64,000 nt of DNA from a virus (taxonomy: Duplodnaviria; Heunggongvirae; Uroviricota; Caudoviricetes), in IMG/VR virus record IMGVR_UViG_3300049215_000227, positions 39,998 through 103,997 of that record. The stretch is one strand, 5' to 3'. Position 1 is the stretch's first letter. Every line of letters starts with the position of its first letter. Below are positions 15,960 to 26,015 of the stretch, piece by piece. Position numbers and translations under genes: made by a program. Under the pieces are notes generated by a model. It did not search any database. It was not told where the DNA came from and worked only from the letters and a program-made list of their open reading frames with translations.

Positions 15960-16427
15960 TTAGTTGTTAATCTTTATGAAGTGATTAACGGTAACGTTTA
16001 CCATGCGACTCTCTGTATCTGAGTTTGCTCCGTTAACGCCGTTAGTAAAAACTTGCGCTCCAAAGTGAGTAGCACCGTAACCTTGCATAGTGTTGCCGGG
16101 GTTACTTGGGTTAATGTTGTACCACGTTTCAATGTAGTGGTTGTGGGATTGCATAGCGTGATCTTGGAAGGTACCTAATGCTACATCGCCAGCAGGGTTT
16201 TGATGCCCATCGCTTCTACCGTTATTTTTTCCACGCAGAACCATACCGCGCAAGTCAGGAATCGTACTGTTTCCCGTTACGGAGGCGTATGTAGAGCCAG
16301 CAACTGAACTGCCGTCTGCTAAGACCCAACCACTGCCGTTAATGGCTTGAAACTGAGCAAGAGTAAGCAAGGACGATACGACCATGCCGATCGGATTTCT
16401 ATCTGTTTGCTTAAAAACTTTAGCCAT
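15960..16427 (-). CDS. tail-collar domain protein 2
   Basis: Paralog of 14493-14945; IPDLRGMVLRG. Confidence 0.8.
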   Translation of the reverse strand: MAKVFKQTDRNPIGMVVSSLLTLAQFQAINGSGWVLADGSSVAGSTYASVTGNSTIPDLRGMVLRGKNNGRSDGHQNPAGDVALGTFQDHAMQSHNHYIETWYNINPSNPGNTMQGYGATHFGAQVFTNGVNGANSDTESRMVNVTVNHFIKINN

Positions 16428-16435
16428 AAAACTCC

Positions 16436-19400
16436 TTAGTTGCCAATCCTATGAATAGATATGGATGACGTATACGGAACAGAACTACCTTGAATAGTGT
16501 TTGACGCATCTGGTCTAATGTCAATAAAATCACCAGCATTTAATTGCATCAAGGTAGAACCAGTCAATCTTTGAGAAGACGTGCCGTTTGCTATAGATGA
16601 AAGAAAAGTGTTTGCGCTTCCATTTAAATACGCTGTATAGTCAGTTGTTCCAGGGTTGCTGGTACTGTATATGCAAATGCTCACGTTGTATTTACCTGAA
16701 ACTGGTGCAGTAAACTTCCATGTGCCGTTAGAACCAGCAGTAGTGGTAGTGACTGCTCCATGTGAATCAAACACTTTACTATCAAAGTTAATTTGAGTTC
16801 CAGAGGCACCACTTTGGTTTGTAGATACAAAGTATTTTGCACTAACAGTTTCAGACGCAGCAATAACTGCAGGACCAGAAAGACGCTCAAAAGATACGTA
16901 TGCCGTAGTTTGACCGCCGCTGGCAGTAAACGTTGGAATGCCAGGATCTTTTGAGATGTATACAGCTAATGTATCTCCAGCGTTTGCCTGAATAAGAACG
17001 CTACCAGCAGTCTGAGGTGCGATGTTTCCTGTCGTTTGTGCGGTCCAACGACCTAATTCAGACCAGAATGATCCGTTTTTGTAAGCTCTAACATATATGC
17101 CGTTCGCTAATGTTGCACCAGAAGTTCCAGAAGCAACTGCCAATTCTCCAGTTACACGATATATGCCGGTAACTGGCACAGTGAAGATACCTGTAGAGTT
17201 ATTATAAGCACCATGCGTATCAAACTCTTTAGTAGGTTGAATGTACGCAGCATCAGACGTGGTAATGGTCTGACTTGAACCGTAATACTTAGCCGCAACG
17301 ACGCGAGTGTCCGTGTCATTTGACATTACGCTGTTTGAAGACCAACCAGCGATAGGAAATTTAGCTATAAAGCTAATATAGTCACCACTAGTAAGAACTG
17401 ACGATGCATTGGTTACTTTTTGAAATCCACCTGATGCACCCTGGAACGAAAAGAATAGCTGATTATTGGTAGATCCATCATAGACTAATGAATCGCCGTT
17501 ATTATTTGCAAATAAGCTATTAGGTGAAGCACTTACAGAGATACGGTTTAAATAACCAAGTTGTGTTCCTGCTCCGTAAGATGACACTTTAGACGTATCT
17601 ATAGTGTATCCAGCTGGAAGATTTAGGGTCCAAGCAACGGCAGTTGGAGTTCCACAGGTTGCATTACCAATTACTTCCATGGAATCGCCAACACGTCGCC
17701 AATAAACAGTGCTATTGGTTACGGTACCCATACCACCAAATGTGAAGGCTAGGTTACTGTTCCAATCCGATGTAGCCGATCCTTTTTGAACAGTCTGAGG
17801 ACCAACGACGAAGTCGTCCCAATACATGCTGCAAGCGCCAGCAGAAGAGTTTACTGCAAGTATTGCAAGTCTATATTGTGTGCTATTAGATGTAGACTGA
17901 AAGCTTGCAACCAGTTGTCCTACACCACTATTCTGAACGAAGTTATAAACGCCGGCAGGTTGAATCCATGCAAGGTTTGTTACGTCGTAAAGATATACAG
18001 CAAAAGTGTTAGAACTTGTTCCTGAGAAGTTTAGGTTTGCTGCACCGCTTTGTACTTGGTAGAAGGCGCTGATGGTGAGCATCTTTGATTGATCTTCTGC
18101 GTCGATGTAGAAGGCGTCAGAGATAAAACCTTGTCCAGCGCTCCACGTAATGCTTGCAGATGTTTGCAAGGAGTATTGCTTGCCAAGCGGACTGATGTTG
18201 GTCGTTCCAAAGGTAGAGATTGACGCAGCGCCAGAATTTACTGAGCCAGTAGGAATTACGCCAGTAAGGGTTGTATTAAATAGTGACCAACCAGTAGTTG
18301 TATTGCTCTCAAAGTCACCATTACCTGGGTTAGCCGTACCACCGCCGAATGACGCTTTGTAAGCAGAAAGATAGTTTTTAGCTCCACCGCTCGCCGAGAG
18401 GTTGTTAACCTGAGTTTGAAGTGCCGCAATTTGAGTTGTATTAGTTGTAGACGTATCAACTACAACTGCGCGCTGCAAGATCTCAACAGAGAGGTTCTGT
18501 CCGCTATAATCGCTATCCAACGTGATGACAGAGCCACTAGTTTCTGTATAGCTAGAATCCGGCGTAAGCGTAGGGTTGATGTAGCGAGGAATCAACTGAC
18601 CGTTCAAGTAAACGTCGAGAGATCCGTACGGGCTTCCAGAGTTAACGCCTACTGCGTACTGAAAGTTGGTTAAGGTAATCGTCGTCTTACCGCCGACGAG
18701 AGAGACTGTGCAGTTAACAGGCGTGCCAACGTTGTTAGTGAACGCGTACGCTTGGTTGATGACGCCTCCAGCTCCGTTGGAGACGTACTTCTGCATGAAC
18801 TCCTTGTACATGATGAGGTTGACGATGCCGGTTCCAGATGTCTGAAGGGCAAAGAATCTCAAGTAGGAGTTTGATCCGGCTGCAGGCGTCACTACGCTCG
18901 TGTGCTGCGTGGTGTCAAGAGTAGGTCTAGATGCTACTGCAGACCAACTGGAGTTGTTAGAGGAAGCTGTGTATGCAACGTATGGACCAACATCTGGAGT
19001 GAACAGGTTGCTGTTCGAGACGTTGTTGTCCTTGTAATCAACCATGAACTCCGACATAGTCGTTCCTGGGAACGCCGCGGAGATGGCCGCACCGTCAACA
19101 GCCAAGTTGTAAATATCCTTGGTGTGAACAGCTTGAGAAACTGTAACCTGGGTTCCGTTAGAAGGAACAGGGTTTAGAGTTTCGACAGTGAAGTTGCTTT
19201 GACTGTTTACAGCCGTGATCTTAACAGCCTGAGTGCCAACGATGACCATGTCACCGGCAGCAACAGTGTAGCCAGCAGCGCTGCTCAATACGACGGTCGT
19301 GGAGTTTGTGCCTGCAGCGATGGTCTTAGAAGCATCGTAAGACATCTGCCACATAGTCTTAGCAGCAATATAGGACGCGTTGGTGAATCCTGCGGTGCTG

Positions 19401-19981
19401 TTAACGGAAGTGGTTGAACTTGTAGGAGTATCAGAGAAGAGCTCTGTGAAACTAGCTCTGAAATTTAGCTCATCAAGGTCATCGCCAACGCCGCTGCCGC
19501 CAGAGCCGGTTCCAGGAGCGGAACTCAAGATCCAGCGAGATTGACCGTCGTCGTAGGTGAGCTGAATAACCTGTCCAGAAAGGATGGTGATTGTGCCCTG
19601 ATTGTAAGTAAGAATTCTGTTAGCAGGCGTTGGCTCAGTAGCGTCGTTGTTGTTGATCAACAGAGGCTGAGAGCTCTGGTTGTAGATGACGATGGACTTA
19701 GCGGGGCCAGAAGCCGTTACGCCGTATAGGGTCGAAGTCGTAGAACCTGTAACTCTGATGAGGGAGTTCTGAACTACAGCGGCCGTGAATTGGGCGCTGG
19801 TAAGAGAGGCAGCAGATGGAACGTCAACTCTAGAAGCTAGGTTGATCCAGAATCCGTTCTGATAGAACTCGTAAGTGTTAGCTGTTGAGTCAAAATATAG
19901 GTCGCCGTTTGATGGGCCAGATGGAGCCGCCTGTGGATTGAGGTTGGCACCATTCCTAATTTTCATGAAGTTTAAAGCCAT
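16436..19981 (-). CDS. long tail fibre/receptor-binding protein with C1q-like C-terminal domains
   Basis: 1181 aa, Ser/Thr/Gly-rich; FDTHGAYNNSTGIFTVPVTGIY and FDSHGAV..FTAPVSGKY C1q-like patterns. Confidence 0.75.
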   Translation of the reverse strand: MALNFMKIRNGANLNPQAAPSGPSNGDLYFDSTANTYEFYQNGFWINLASRVDVPSAASLTSAQFTAAVVQNSLIRVTGSTTSTLYGVTASGPAKSIVIYNQSSQPLLINNNDATEPTPANRILTYNQGTITILSGQVIQLTYDDGQSRWILSSAPGTGSGGSGVGDDLDELNFRASFTELFSDTPTSSTTSVNSTAGFTNASYIAAKTMWQMSYDASKTIAAGTNSTTVVLSSAAGYTVAAGDMVIVGTQAVKITAVNSQSNFTVETLNPVPSNGTQVTVSQAVHTKDIYNLAVDGAAISAAFPGTTMSEFMVDYKDNNVSNSNLFTPDVGPYVAYTASSNNSSWSAVASRPTLDTTQHTSVVTPAAGSNSYLRFFALQTSGTGIVNLIMYKEFMQKYVSNGAGGVINQAYAFTNNVGTPVNCTVSLVGGKTTITLTNFQYAVGVNSGSPYGSLDVYLNGQLIPRYINPTLTPDSSYTETSGSVITLDSDYSGQNLSVEILQRAVVVDTSTTNTTQIAALQTQVNNLSASGGAKNYLSAYKASFGGGTANPGNGDFESNTTTGWSLFNTTLTGVIPTGSVNSGAASISTFGTTNISPLGKQYSLQTSASITWSAGQGFISDAFYIDAEDQSKMLTISAFYQVQSGAANLNFSGTSSNTFAVYLYDVTNLAWIQPAGVYNFVQNSGVGQLVASFQSTSNSTQYRLAILAVNSSAGACSMYWDDFVVGPQTVQKGSATSDWNSNLAFTFGGMGTVTNSTVYWRRVGDSMEVIGNATCGTPTAVAWTLNLPAGYTIDTSKVSSYGAGTQLGYLNRISVSASPNSLFANNNGDSLVYDGSTNNQLFFSFQGASGGFQKVTNASSVLTSGDYISFIAKFPIAGWSSNSVMSNDTDTRVVAAKYYGSSQTITTSDAAYIQPTKEFDTHGAYNNSTGIFTVPVTGIYRVTGELAVASGTSGATLANGIYVRAYKNGSFWSELGRWTAQTTGNIAPQTAGSVLIQANAGDTLAVYISKDPGIPTFTASGGQTTAYVSFERLSGPAVIAASETVSAKYFVSTNQSGASGTQINFDSKVFDSHGAVTTTTAGSNGTWKFTAPVSGKYNVSICIYSTSNPGTTDYTAYLNGSANTFLSSIANGTSSQRLTGSTLMQLNAGDFIDIRPDASNTIQGSSVPYTSSISIHRIGN

Positions 19982-20027
19982 GCGATTCCCTTTCCTCGCT
20001 TAGATAGCATTATACCATATTAAGTTT

Positions 20028-22361
20028 TTATCTTCTAAATGACTTAATATCTGCCCTCATTGTGCGAGCTGCGCCTTGATTTGTGGTTGTGTACTGAATT
20101 AGAACGTTAGCACCGCTAACTGTTGCCGACCATTGAACTCCGCAATCGGCCGTTTCGCCGTACTGGTCAGTTTCAGCGGCAACAATGGTTCCAGCGTTGT
20201 TTGAAGTTACTCTTAAGGTACCCACACGACAATCCTTAGTAGCATTACCGCTCTCAATGACATAGCTAATCTCGTAGCCAGCCACAGAGGCGTAGGCAAA
20301 TTGAAAGGCTGTTGTAGGGGTGGACTGATTGTCTGACAACGATATAGAGTCAGTATAGGTTTGAGTTAGGTAATTAGTGCCGTCAGCTGACCTCTGAAAA
20401 GAGGCGCTGTAGATTTGAATATTTGCTGATCCAGAGTTAATCTGCAGCGGCGTGTTAACGGAAAGCAAGCTAGTTGCGTATACGGTGGCCCATCTTAGAG
20501 CAGCGCTACCGAGATTGAGAACGGCATCGGATCCTGCGATGAGGGAGGCATTGATTGCCACTGATGCCAGATTGCTTAACGCAGTGTTGGCCTTGCCATT
20601 TAACTGAGTTTGGATTGCGCTCGTAACACCGCTGACATAGCCAAGTTCAGTTGCTGTTGTTGTAGAAGCCACAGGAAGACCGTTGGCGTCGGTTGCAACA
20701 GCCCTATTGGCCGTGACAGAGGTGTCCTGCATCACTCCGGCAGAGCTATTAGTTACCCAAGCATAGTTTGTTCCAGAAGCAAGCTTGCTCCTAGCGATTG
20801 CAGCAGAAGCAGAAACTTGAGTGTTCGTGATACCGCCAGCTTTAACTTCTAGCTGGTTAGAACCGTTGATGTCGATGGTCGTGTTGTCAAACAGAACGTT
20901 CAGAACAGATGAAACGTATGTTAAGGCGTTTCCAAGCGCAGTGGATGCTGGACCAGAGAATTGTAGCCATGAGCTGCTTGCGCTCGTAAACGTATAGCTT
21001 TGACCAAAGTGATCAGAGTTTGAGTTAATGACAGAGACGGCGTTTGTGTTGGCAGGAACGGTGAAAGAGTACGTCCATGCGCCAGGTACGCCACCAGTAA
21101 CTTGCACGATAGAGTTAGTGTGTCCAGCAAAGCTGCCGCCGACTAAGCTAGTAGGAAAAAGAGCGTCGTGGTTGATGACGAACCTGTCTCCAGCTTGAAT
21201 AGTTCTTGTAGGAAACAAGTCAATCCATTGAGAACTTTCTGCTCTCCACCACACAGCGTGACCAGCACCAAACGAGGTCCAGGCACCCGTTGGAGATGTT
21301 CCAATGATGTACACCACGCTATCTCTTGGAGATACAGGAGGAGTAGATAGGCTGTCATCTGCCAAGCACATGTCGTTGACGGGAGCCAACCAACTTAATC
21401 CTGAACCAACCGAATCAACGTACGCCTTTGTAACTAAGTCATTTGGGTTAACAGGAGCACCACTGTTAGTGATGATGAATCCGCCCAAGGACTGATTAGC
21501 AGTAAAAGCATTTGCGCCGTTGGCTAAAATTACCTGGCCGTAGTTGACAGCATCGCTTGCGCTAGAACCGGCCGTAAGGTTTGTGATCTTGTTCGAGTTT
21601 AGGTTAAAGTTTCCAGTTGCAGAAACAGAACCATCCGCTAAGAACAAGTTGGTTGACAAGATGCTCGAAGGAGCTACAAAGCCTGATCCATCCTGGATTA
21701 ATACGTCGTTTGTAGAGCCACCAAGAGGAGCAAGCTTGCTGTAAGCGATCGCAGCAGCCGTATTGATGTCACTATCAACTATACTATTGCCAAGATTCAA
21801 CTTGGTATACAGAATGTTAGCGGTGTTACTGATGTCGGTGTTTACGATGCTGCCTGACAAGTTAAGCTTGCTGTACGCAATACTTGCGGTCGGGCTAACG
21901 TCACTATTTACGATGCTTGCAGATAGGTTTAACTTGCTGTAAGCGATCGCAGCAGCTGTGTTGATGTCGCTATCAACTATACTGTTGTTTAGATTTAACT
22001 TAGTATAGGCAATGGCTGCAGAAGGCGAAACCATCGCGTTAACAATTATGCCGCTCTTGATTGAGAGACCTAAGGTTGAGTCAGCAAGAATATCGCCAAC
22101 GGAGCTAGTATCTACTGCGTCAGATTGGTTGGTAGAGTTGTCGCCGATGATAACGTTGTGCGCTGCTAGCGGCAACCCAGTAATAAATCCAGCAATGGGT
22201 GCCCAAGCCGATCCGTTGTAGTATCGTACGGTGTTGCTTACTGAGTTGTAGTACAGATCGCCAGCAACCGCCGTTACCGGATCGGTCGCAGCAATAGGTA
22301 GCGTGAACGGCAAGCCGTTCAAGAACACTACCTTATTACCAAATTGTAGCTGGTTAGCCAT
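20028..22361 (-). CDS. tail fibre protein with 22-aa tandem repeats
   Basis: 777 aa; SIVxSDIxxxAAIAYSKLNL x5; DAVNYGQ and DLVTKAYVD fibre motifs. Confidence 0.75.
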   Translation of the reverse strand: MANQLQFGNKVVFLNGLPFTLPIAATDPVTAVAGDLYYNSVSNTVRYYNGSAWAPIAGFITGLPLAAHNVIIGDNSTNQSDAVDTSSVGDILADSTLGLSIKSGIIVNAMVSPSAAIAYTKLNLNNSIVDSDINTAAAIAYSKLNLSASIVNSDVSPTASIAYSKLNLSGSIVNTDISNTANILYTKLNLGNSIVDSDINTAAAIAYSKLAPLGGSTNDVLIQDGSGFVAPSSILSTNLFLADGSVSATGNFNLNSNKITNLTAGSSASDAVNYGQVILANGANAFTANQSLGGFIITNSGAPVNPNDLVTKAYVDSVGSGLSWLAPVNDMCLADDSLSTPPVSPRDSVVYIIGTSPTGAWTSFGAGHAVWWRAESSQWIDLFPTRTIQAGDRFVINHDALFPTSLVGGSFAGHTNSIVQVTGGVPGAWTYSFTVPANTNAVSVINSNSDHFGQSYTFTSASSSWLQFSGPASTALGNALTYVSSVLNVLFDNTTIDINGSNQLEVKAGGITNTQVSASAAIARSKLASGTNYAWVTNSSAGVMQDTSVTANRAVATDANGLPVASTTTATELGYVSGVTSAIQTQLNGKANTALSNLASVAINASLIAGSDAVLNLGSAALRWATVYATSLLSVNTPLQINSGSANIQIYSASFQRSADGTNYLTQTYTDSISLSDNQSTPTTAFQFAYASVAGYEISYVIESGNATKDCRVGTLRVTSNNAGTIVAAETDQYGETADCGVQWSATVSGANVLIQYTTTNQGAARTMRADIKSFRR
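21733..22062 (-). repeat. 66-nt tandem coding repeat, about 5 units
   Basis: GTAAGCGATCGCAGCAGC..TTGATGTC.CTATCAACTATACT near-identical at about 21741 and 21939. Confidence 0.8.
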
Positions 22362-22364
22362 CTG

Positions 22365-25300
22365 TTAACTCCACCTTCTCATGAAGTACTTGAACGTTCC
22401 GTTAAAGCCGGTAGCGGTCGAGGTGTACTGCACAAGCACTTGCGATCCTGAGATTACGCTGCTTAAAACTACGCCGGTGGATGCAGTATTCACGAAGTCA
22501 TAGCTTTGAGCTGTATTGATTGTATCATTTGCGATCATGAGTCGGCCAACTTCATACACGCCGTTTCTCAAGATGGAGAACTCGATCACGGCAAATGGAA
22601 ATGTCGAGGCGTCATAGGCAAACAACGTCTGAGGAACTGCTTCATTGTCTAGAATGGTAGCGCCAGAGGATAGGATCGTTTGCTGTAAGCCACCCAAAAC
22701 TAGAGCTTCGTTGACTGTATCGATTAAGAAGTTAGAGTTGCCGTCTAGCAATCCGCCGTTGTTGTACTGAATAGACTCAGCAGGACCGCCGGCTACCGCT
22801 GGAGTAGAAGTTCCGCTGTAGCTAGGAACGCCGCCTGGACCACCAGAAGCGTTAGACCACCTACGAATCATCAACTTCATGATAGCTGAACTACCCGTTG
22901 CAGTTGTTGTGTACTGCAAGATTAGGTTGCCGCCGGAAATTACTCCGCTAAATGCTACTCCAGAGCTTCCAAGATACGAGTTTTCAGCAGAAACTGCTAC
23001 GCTTGTTCCGTCCGACGTGATGTAAAGCACGCCGGTTTCTCTAGCAGAACTTCTGTTAAGAGAGAACTCCACGACCATGTACTCGCTGCCTAAGGCTGCA
23101 ACGCTAAACACCGTTCCGTTGGTAGTGTTATCTGCCAAGCTGGTAGTGATGATGTTGCTCTGTTCCCAGTAGTCAGAGCCATTGAAGTATCTAACCTTGT
23201 CGTTAAATACCCAAGTCGTGTCGTTAAACTTGCCAATCTGATCTTTGAAGCTGTTGCCTTCTTCAATAATGACTGTGTCTGCTGCCGACGGAGATAGATT
23301 GCCGTTGAAGAGATACTGAGCAGTCCAACTCGTGATGTTGGTGCCAGTACCATTAGCCATGTAGATCTGATTGTTATCGCTGCTCAAGTTAGAGAACAAC
23401 ACTAGATCTCCGGCATTAACGCTGAAGCCATCTTCCGTAACTGGATTACCGGTTGGGAGCGTGGTGCTAACAGGGTCGTAATAGGTTGCCTTAACAAGGG
23501 CGGCGCCACTTGGAATAAGCGGAGACGAACCAAGAACCTCAAGACCATTCCAGAGATAAACAGCTTGTCCACCAAGTCTGCTTGCAACAACGATGACGCT
23601 TTCGCCAACTGGAACCGCACTGTTGTCAACGATGGTTACAGTAGGGGTTGTCGCGTTGTTGCGATCAATCGTCACGTACGCAGATTGGTTAGTTTGAAGT
23701 GACCAACCTGGACTTGAATTAGGAAGCGTAATCACCGCATTTCCTGGGGAGCCAGGCTGCAAGATAGTAAGAGTTGCACCTGAAGCTTGAAACGTAAGTT
23801 CTTGAGCTGATCCGTTCGCTGTATTCACTGCGACAGTGGCAGTAGACAAGTACTTGATAGTTTTGTCTTGAGCCTTATCTGCCATCATGGAGGTAAGTTT
23901 AGCAGCACGCAGCGTGATGTTATCACCGGGTCCAGCGTTGAAGTTAGACTGACCGTTTAAGGTGTTGTATCCCGTTGGAACAAGATAAACAGGCGATGTA
24001 GCTGCAAGCGACGGCATGCCGAGGTATGCTTGAATGTTAGCAGAGTCCTTCTCGCCGATATCGATGATAGAACCTTGAACAATCTTAGTGATGCCCTCTT
24101 CAGTGCGAACATCCATGCGCGCAAGAGTAGCTGTGCCTGTACTTTCAGAAGCGTAAGATGCAGGAAGGGCAAATTGAACTTCAGTTGAAGTGCGGTAGTT
24201 GATTACGTAAGCACCATTGTAGTTAGTGGTACCAGCAATCTGAATAGTTTCACCGGACTCAAATCCATGGTCTGCTGATTCAAGTTGCAAACCATAACCG
24301 TTATTTGTCGTAGTTGTAGTCAACAAACCATAGAAGCTAGTGAAAGCGCCAGTGGTTGTGTTAGATGTATTAAAGGAGAACGTGTCAACGTCTATAACGT
24401 CAACAGAGTATGTTCCTGCTTGCGCTGCTGGGGCAGTAACGGTGATCATGTCGCCGTTTACCAATCCGTGCGCGGTAGAGGTGACGGTAGCAACGCTCCC
24501 GGTAGCCGTAGTTAATGTTCCTGATAGGGTTACACTGCTGATAGCAGAGATTCCCTGGATAATGTCACTGCGAAGAACAAGCCACAAGAAGTTTCCACCA
24601 GTATTAGTGATGGCGTTGTCAGTTCTTGGTTGAATCTCAATGTCTGCTGTGTAATAAACACCGCGATCATAAGCGGCGATAGCGTTTGTTGTCGCGCCTT
24701 GATAGTTTCCACTTAATCTTATCGACTTCGCATTTGCAGGAGTAGTAACAGAACCACCAAGATTAGTAGAGTCATAGAACTGTTCCACTCTTAAGAATAA
24801 CGTAGGATCGTCAGTTTGCTGCTTAATCCAGTCGCCCTGCAGCAGGTTGGCAAAGAAGCCGATAGAACCATTAGGCGTATTGACATACGGCTGACCGTTA
24901 GTCCAAGCGACCGCCTGATTCAAAGCGTTGATAGGTTGATTTCTTACGAGAGGCAAGTACGCGACGTTCTCGTTAGGAACAACGATCGTTCCGTTGCCGG
25001 CACCATACGATTGGCCACGGATCATGTAGCTTCTAGGATCCGAGGTGCTTAGAACTAAGATGTCATCCGTATAAGTGAGTTGTCCTGGGTTAGAGCTACT
25101 ATATTGATACTGACCCTTAGACTTAAAGGTGGTAGCAAGAGCGTCATGAAAGATGCTTACAAGGCCGTACGATGATGTATCTGCGTACCAGTACTGACTG
25201 CCGCCAAGCTCAGCGAGCTTAGTCATGACAGCGTCCATCCATTCCTTCATGGACTGGATGTTCTTATCGCCGCCCTCGAATGGATTCTGTCCGCTGGTAG

Positions 25301-25967
25301 ACGTTAAGGTGATAGGTGTTTCCAAGCGCTCGTATGGAGCAGAAGGAAGAGCGCGCCATGCATACCTGTTGTTTGGGTTCGGAGCGATCCCGCCAGAACC
25401 TAACCTGAACATCATCGGCCTAGCGTCTTCGATAGACGTGATCACGGATGGACCAACGTTAACGATAGCGACAGGAACAGTGTTGTCAGGGAAGGAACCA
25501 GTAGAGACGTTCACTTGAACGATAATCACTGACTCTGTGTTGATTTCTTGAGTAAACTCACTACCAGCGCCACCGTTAGCGTCTGGATCCCAGAATGCTC
25601 TGGTGTCTGCAGAGGTGTTCTCCGTAGAGAAGGTGAGGTAGACGTAGTTCGTTGCGTTCTTTCTAAGCTCTGGAACAAGGGGCTGAGCGTTAGGATTTCC
25701 AGCAGGAAGACCGTAGAAGAAGGAGCCAGCGGATGACCCAGGGTAATACATCGCGGAATCAGCAATGTCAATCGAGCAACTCTGGGTGCCGATAGATTGA
25801 ACTGGATTGATGATGTCGAAGCCCTTGATGATGTATGGAGTATCTTCACCGACAAGGGTCTTCATGAAGAACTGCCAGTCCCCAGCAGAGTAAGAATCAA
25901 TGCTGAGTAGATCTGGTAAGTCTGTGCGCTCGCCTGAGCTGACCACTAAACGGCCAAGTACTGCCAC
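22365..25967 (-). CDS. proximal tail fibre / baseplate-attached fibre
   Basis: 1200 aa following baseplate wedge genes; C-terminal modules similar to the C-terminus of 20028-22361. Confidence 0.7.
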   Translation of the reverse strand: MAVLGRLVVSSGERTDLPDLLSIDSYSAGDWQFFMKTLVGEDTPYIIKGFDIINPVQSIGTQSCSIDIADSAMYYPGSSAGSFFYGLPAGNPNAQPLVPELRKNATNYVYLTFSTENTSADTRAFWDPDANGGAGSEFTQEINTESVIIVQVNVSTGSFPDNTVPVAIVNVGPSVITSIEDARPMMFRLGSGGIAPNPNNRYAWRALPSAPYERLETPITLTSTSGQNPFEGGDKNIQSMKEWMDAVMTKLAELGGSQYWYADTSSYGLVSIFHDALATTFKSKGQYQYSSSNPGQLTYTDDILVLSTSDPRSYMIRGQSYGAGNGTIVVPNENVAYLPLVRNQPINALNQAVAWTNGQPYVNTPNGSIGFFANLLQGDWIKQQTDDPTLFLRVEQFYDSTNLGGSVTTPANAKSIRLSGNYQGATTNAIAAYDRGVYYTADIEIQPRTDNAITNTGGNFLWLVLRSDIIQGISAISSVTLSGTLTTATGSVATVTSTAHGLVNGDMITVTAPAAQAGTYSVDVIDVDTFSFNTSNTTTGAFTSFYGLLTTTTTNNGYGLQLESADHGFESGETIQIAGTTNYNGAYVINYRTSTEVQFALPASYASESTGTATLARMDVRTEEGITKIVQGSIIDIGEKDSANIQAYLGMPSLAATSPVYLVPTGYNTLNGQSNFNAGPGDNITLRAAKLTSMMADKAQDKTIKYLSTATVAVNTANGSAQELTFQASGATLTILQPGSPGNAVITLPNSSPGWSLQTNQSAYVTIDRNNATTPTVTIVDNSAVPVGESVIVVASRLGGQAVYLWNGLEVLGSSPLIPSGAALVKATYYDPVSTTLPTGNPVTEDGFSVNAGDLVLFSNLSSDNNQIYMANGTGTNITSWTAQYLFNGNLSPSAADTVIIEEGNSFKDQIGKFNDTTWVFNDKVRYFNGSDYWEQSNIITTSLADNTTNGTVFSVAALGSEYMVVEFSLNRSSARETGVLYITSDGTSVAVSAENSYLGSSGVAFSGVISGGNLILQYTTTATGSSAIMKLMIRRWSNASGGPGGVPSYSGTSTPAVAGGPAESIQYNNGGLLDGNSNFLIDTVNEALVLGGLQQTILSSGATILDNEAVPQTLFAYDASTFPFAVIEFSILRNGVYEVGRLMIANDTINTAQSYDFVNTASTGVVLSSVISGSQVLVQYTSTATGFNGTFKYFMRRWS

Positions 25968-26015
25968 AATCGTCTCCTTGACTCAAATTATACTATATCC
26001 GAGGTTGGACTTACC

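Noticed and set aside
14493-22361. Diversity-generating retroelement or shufflon acting on fibre tips
   Set aside because: No reverse transcriptase or invertase in the window, and no near-identical template/variable repeat pair differing at adenines.
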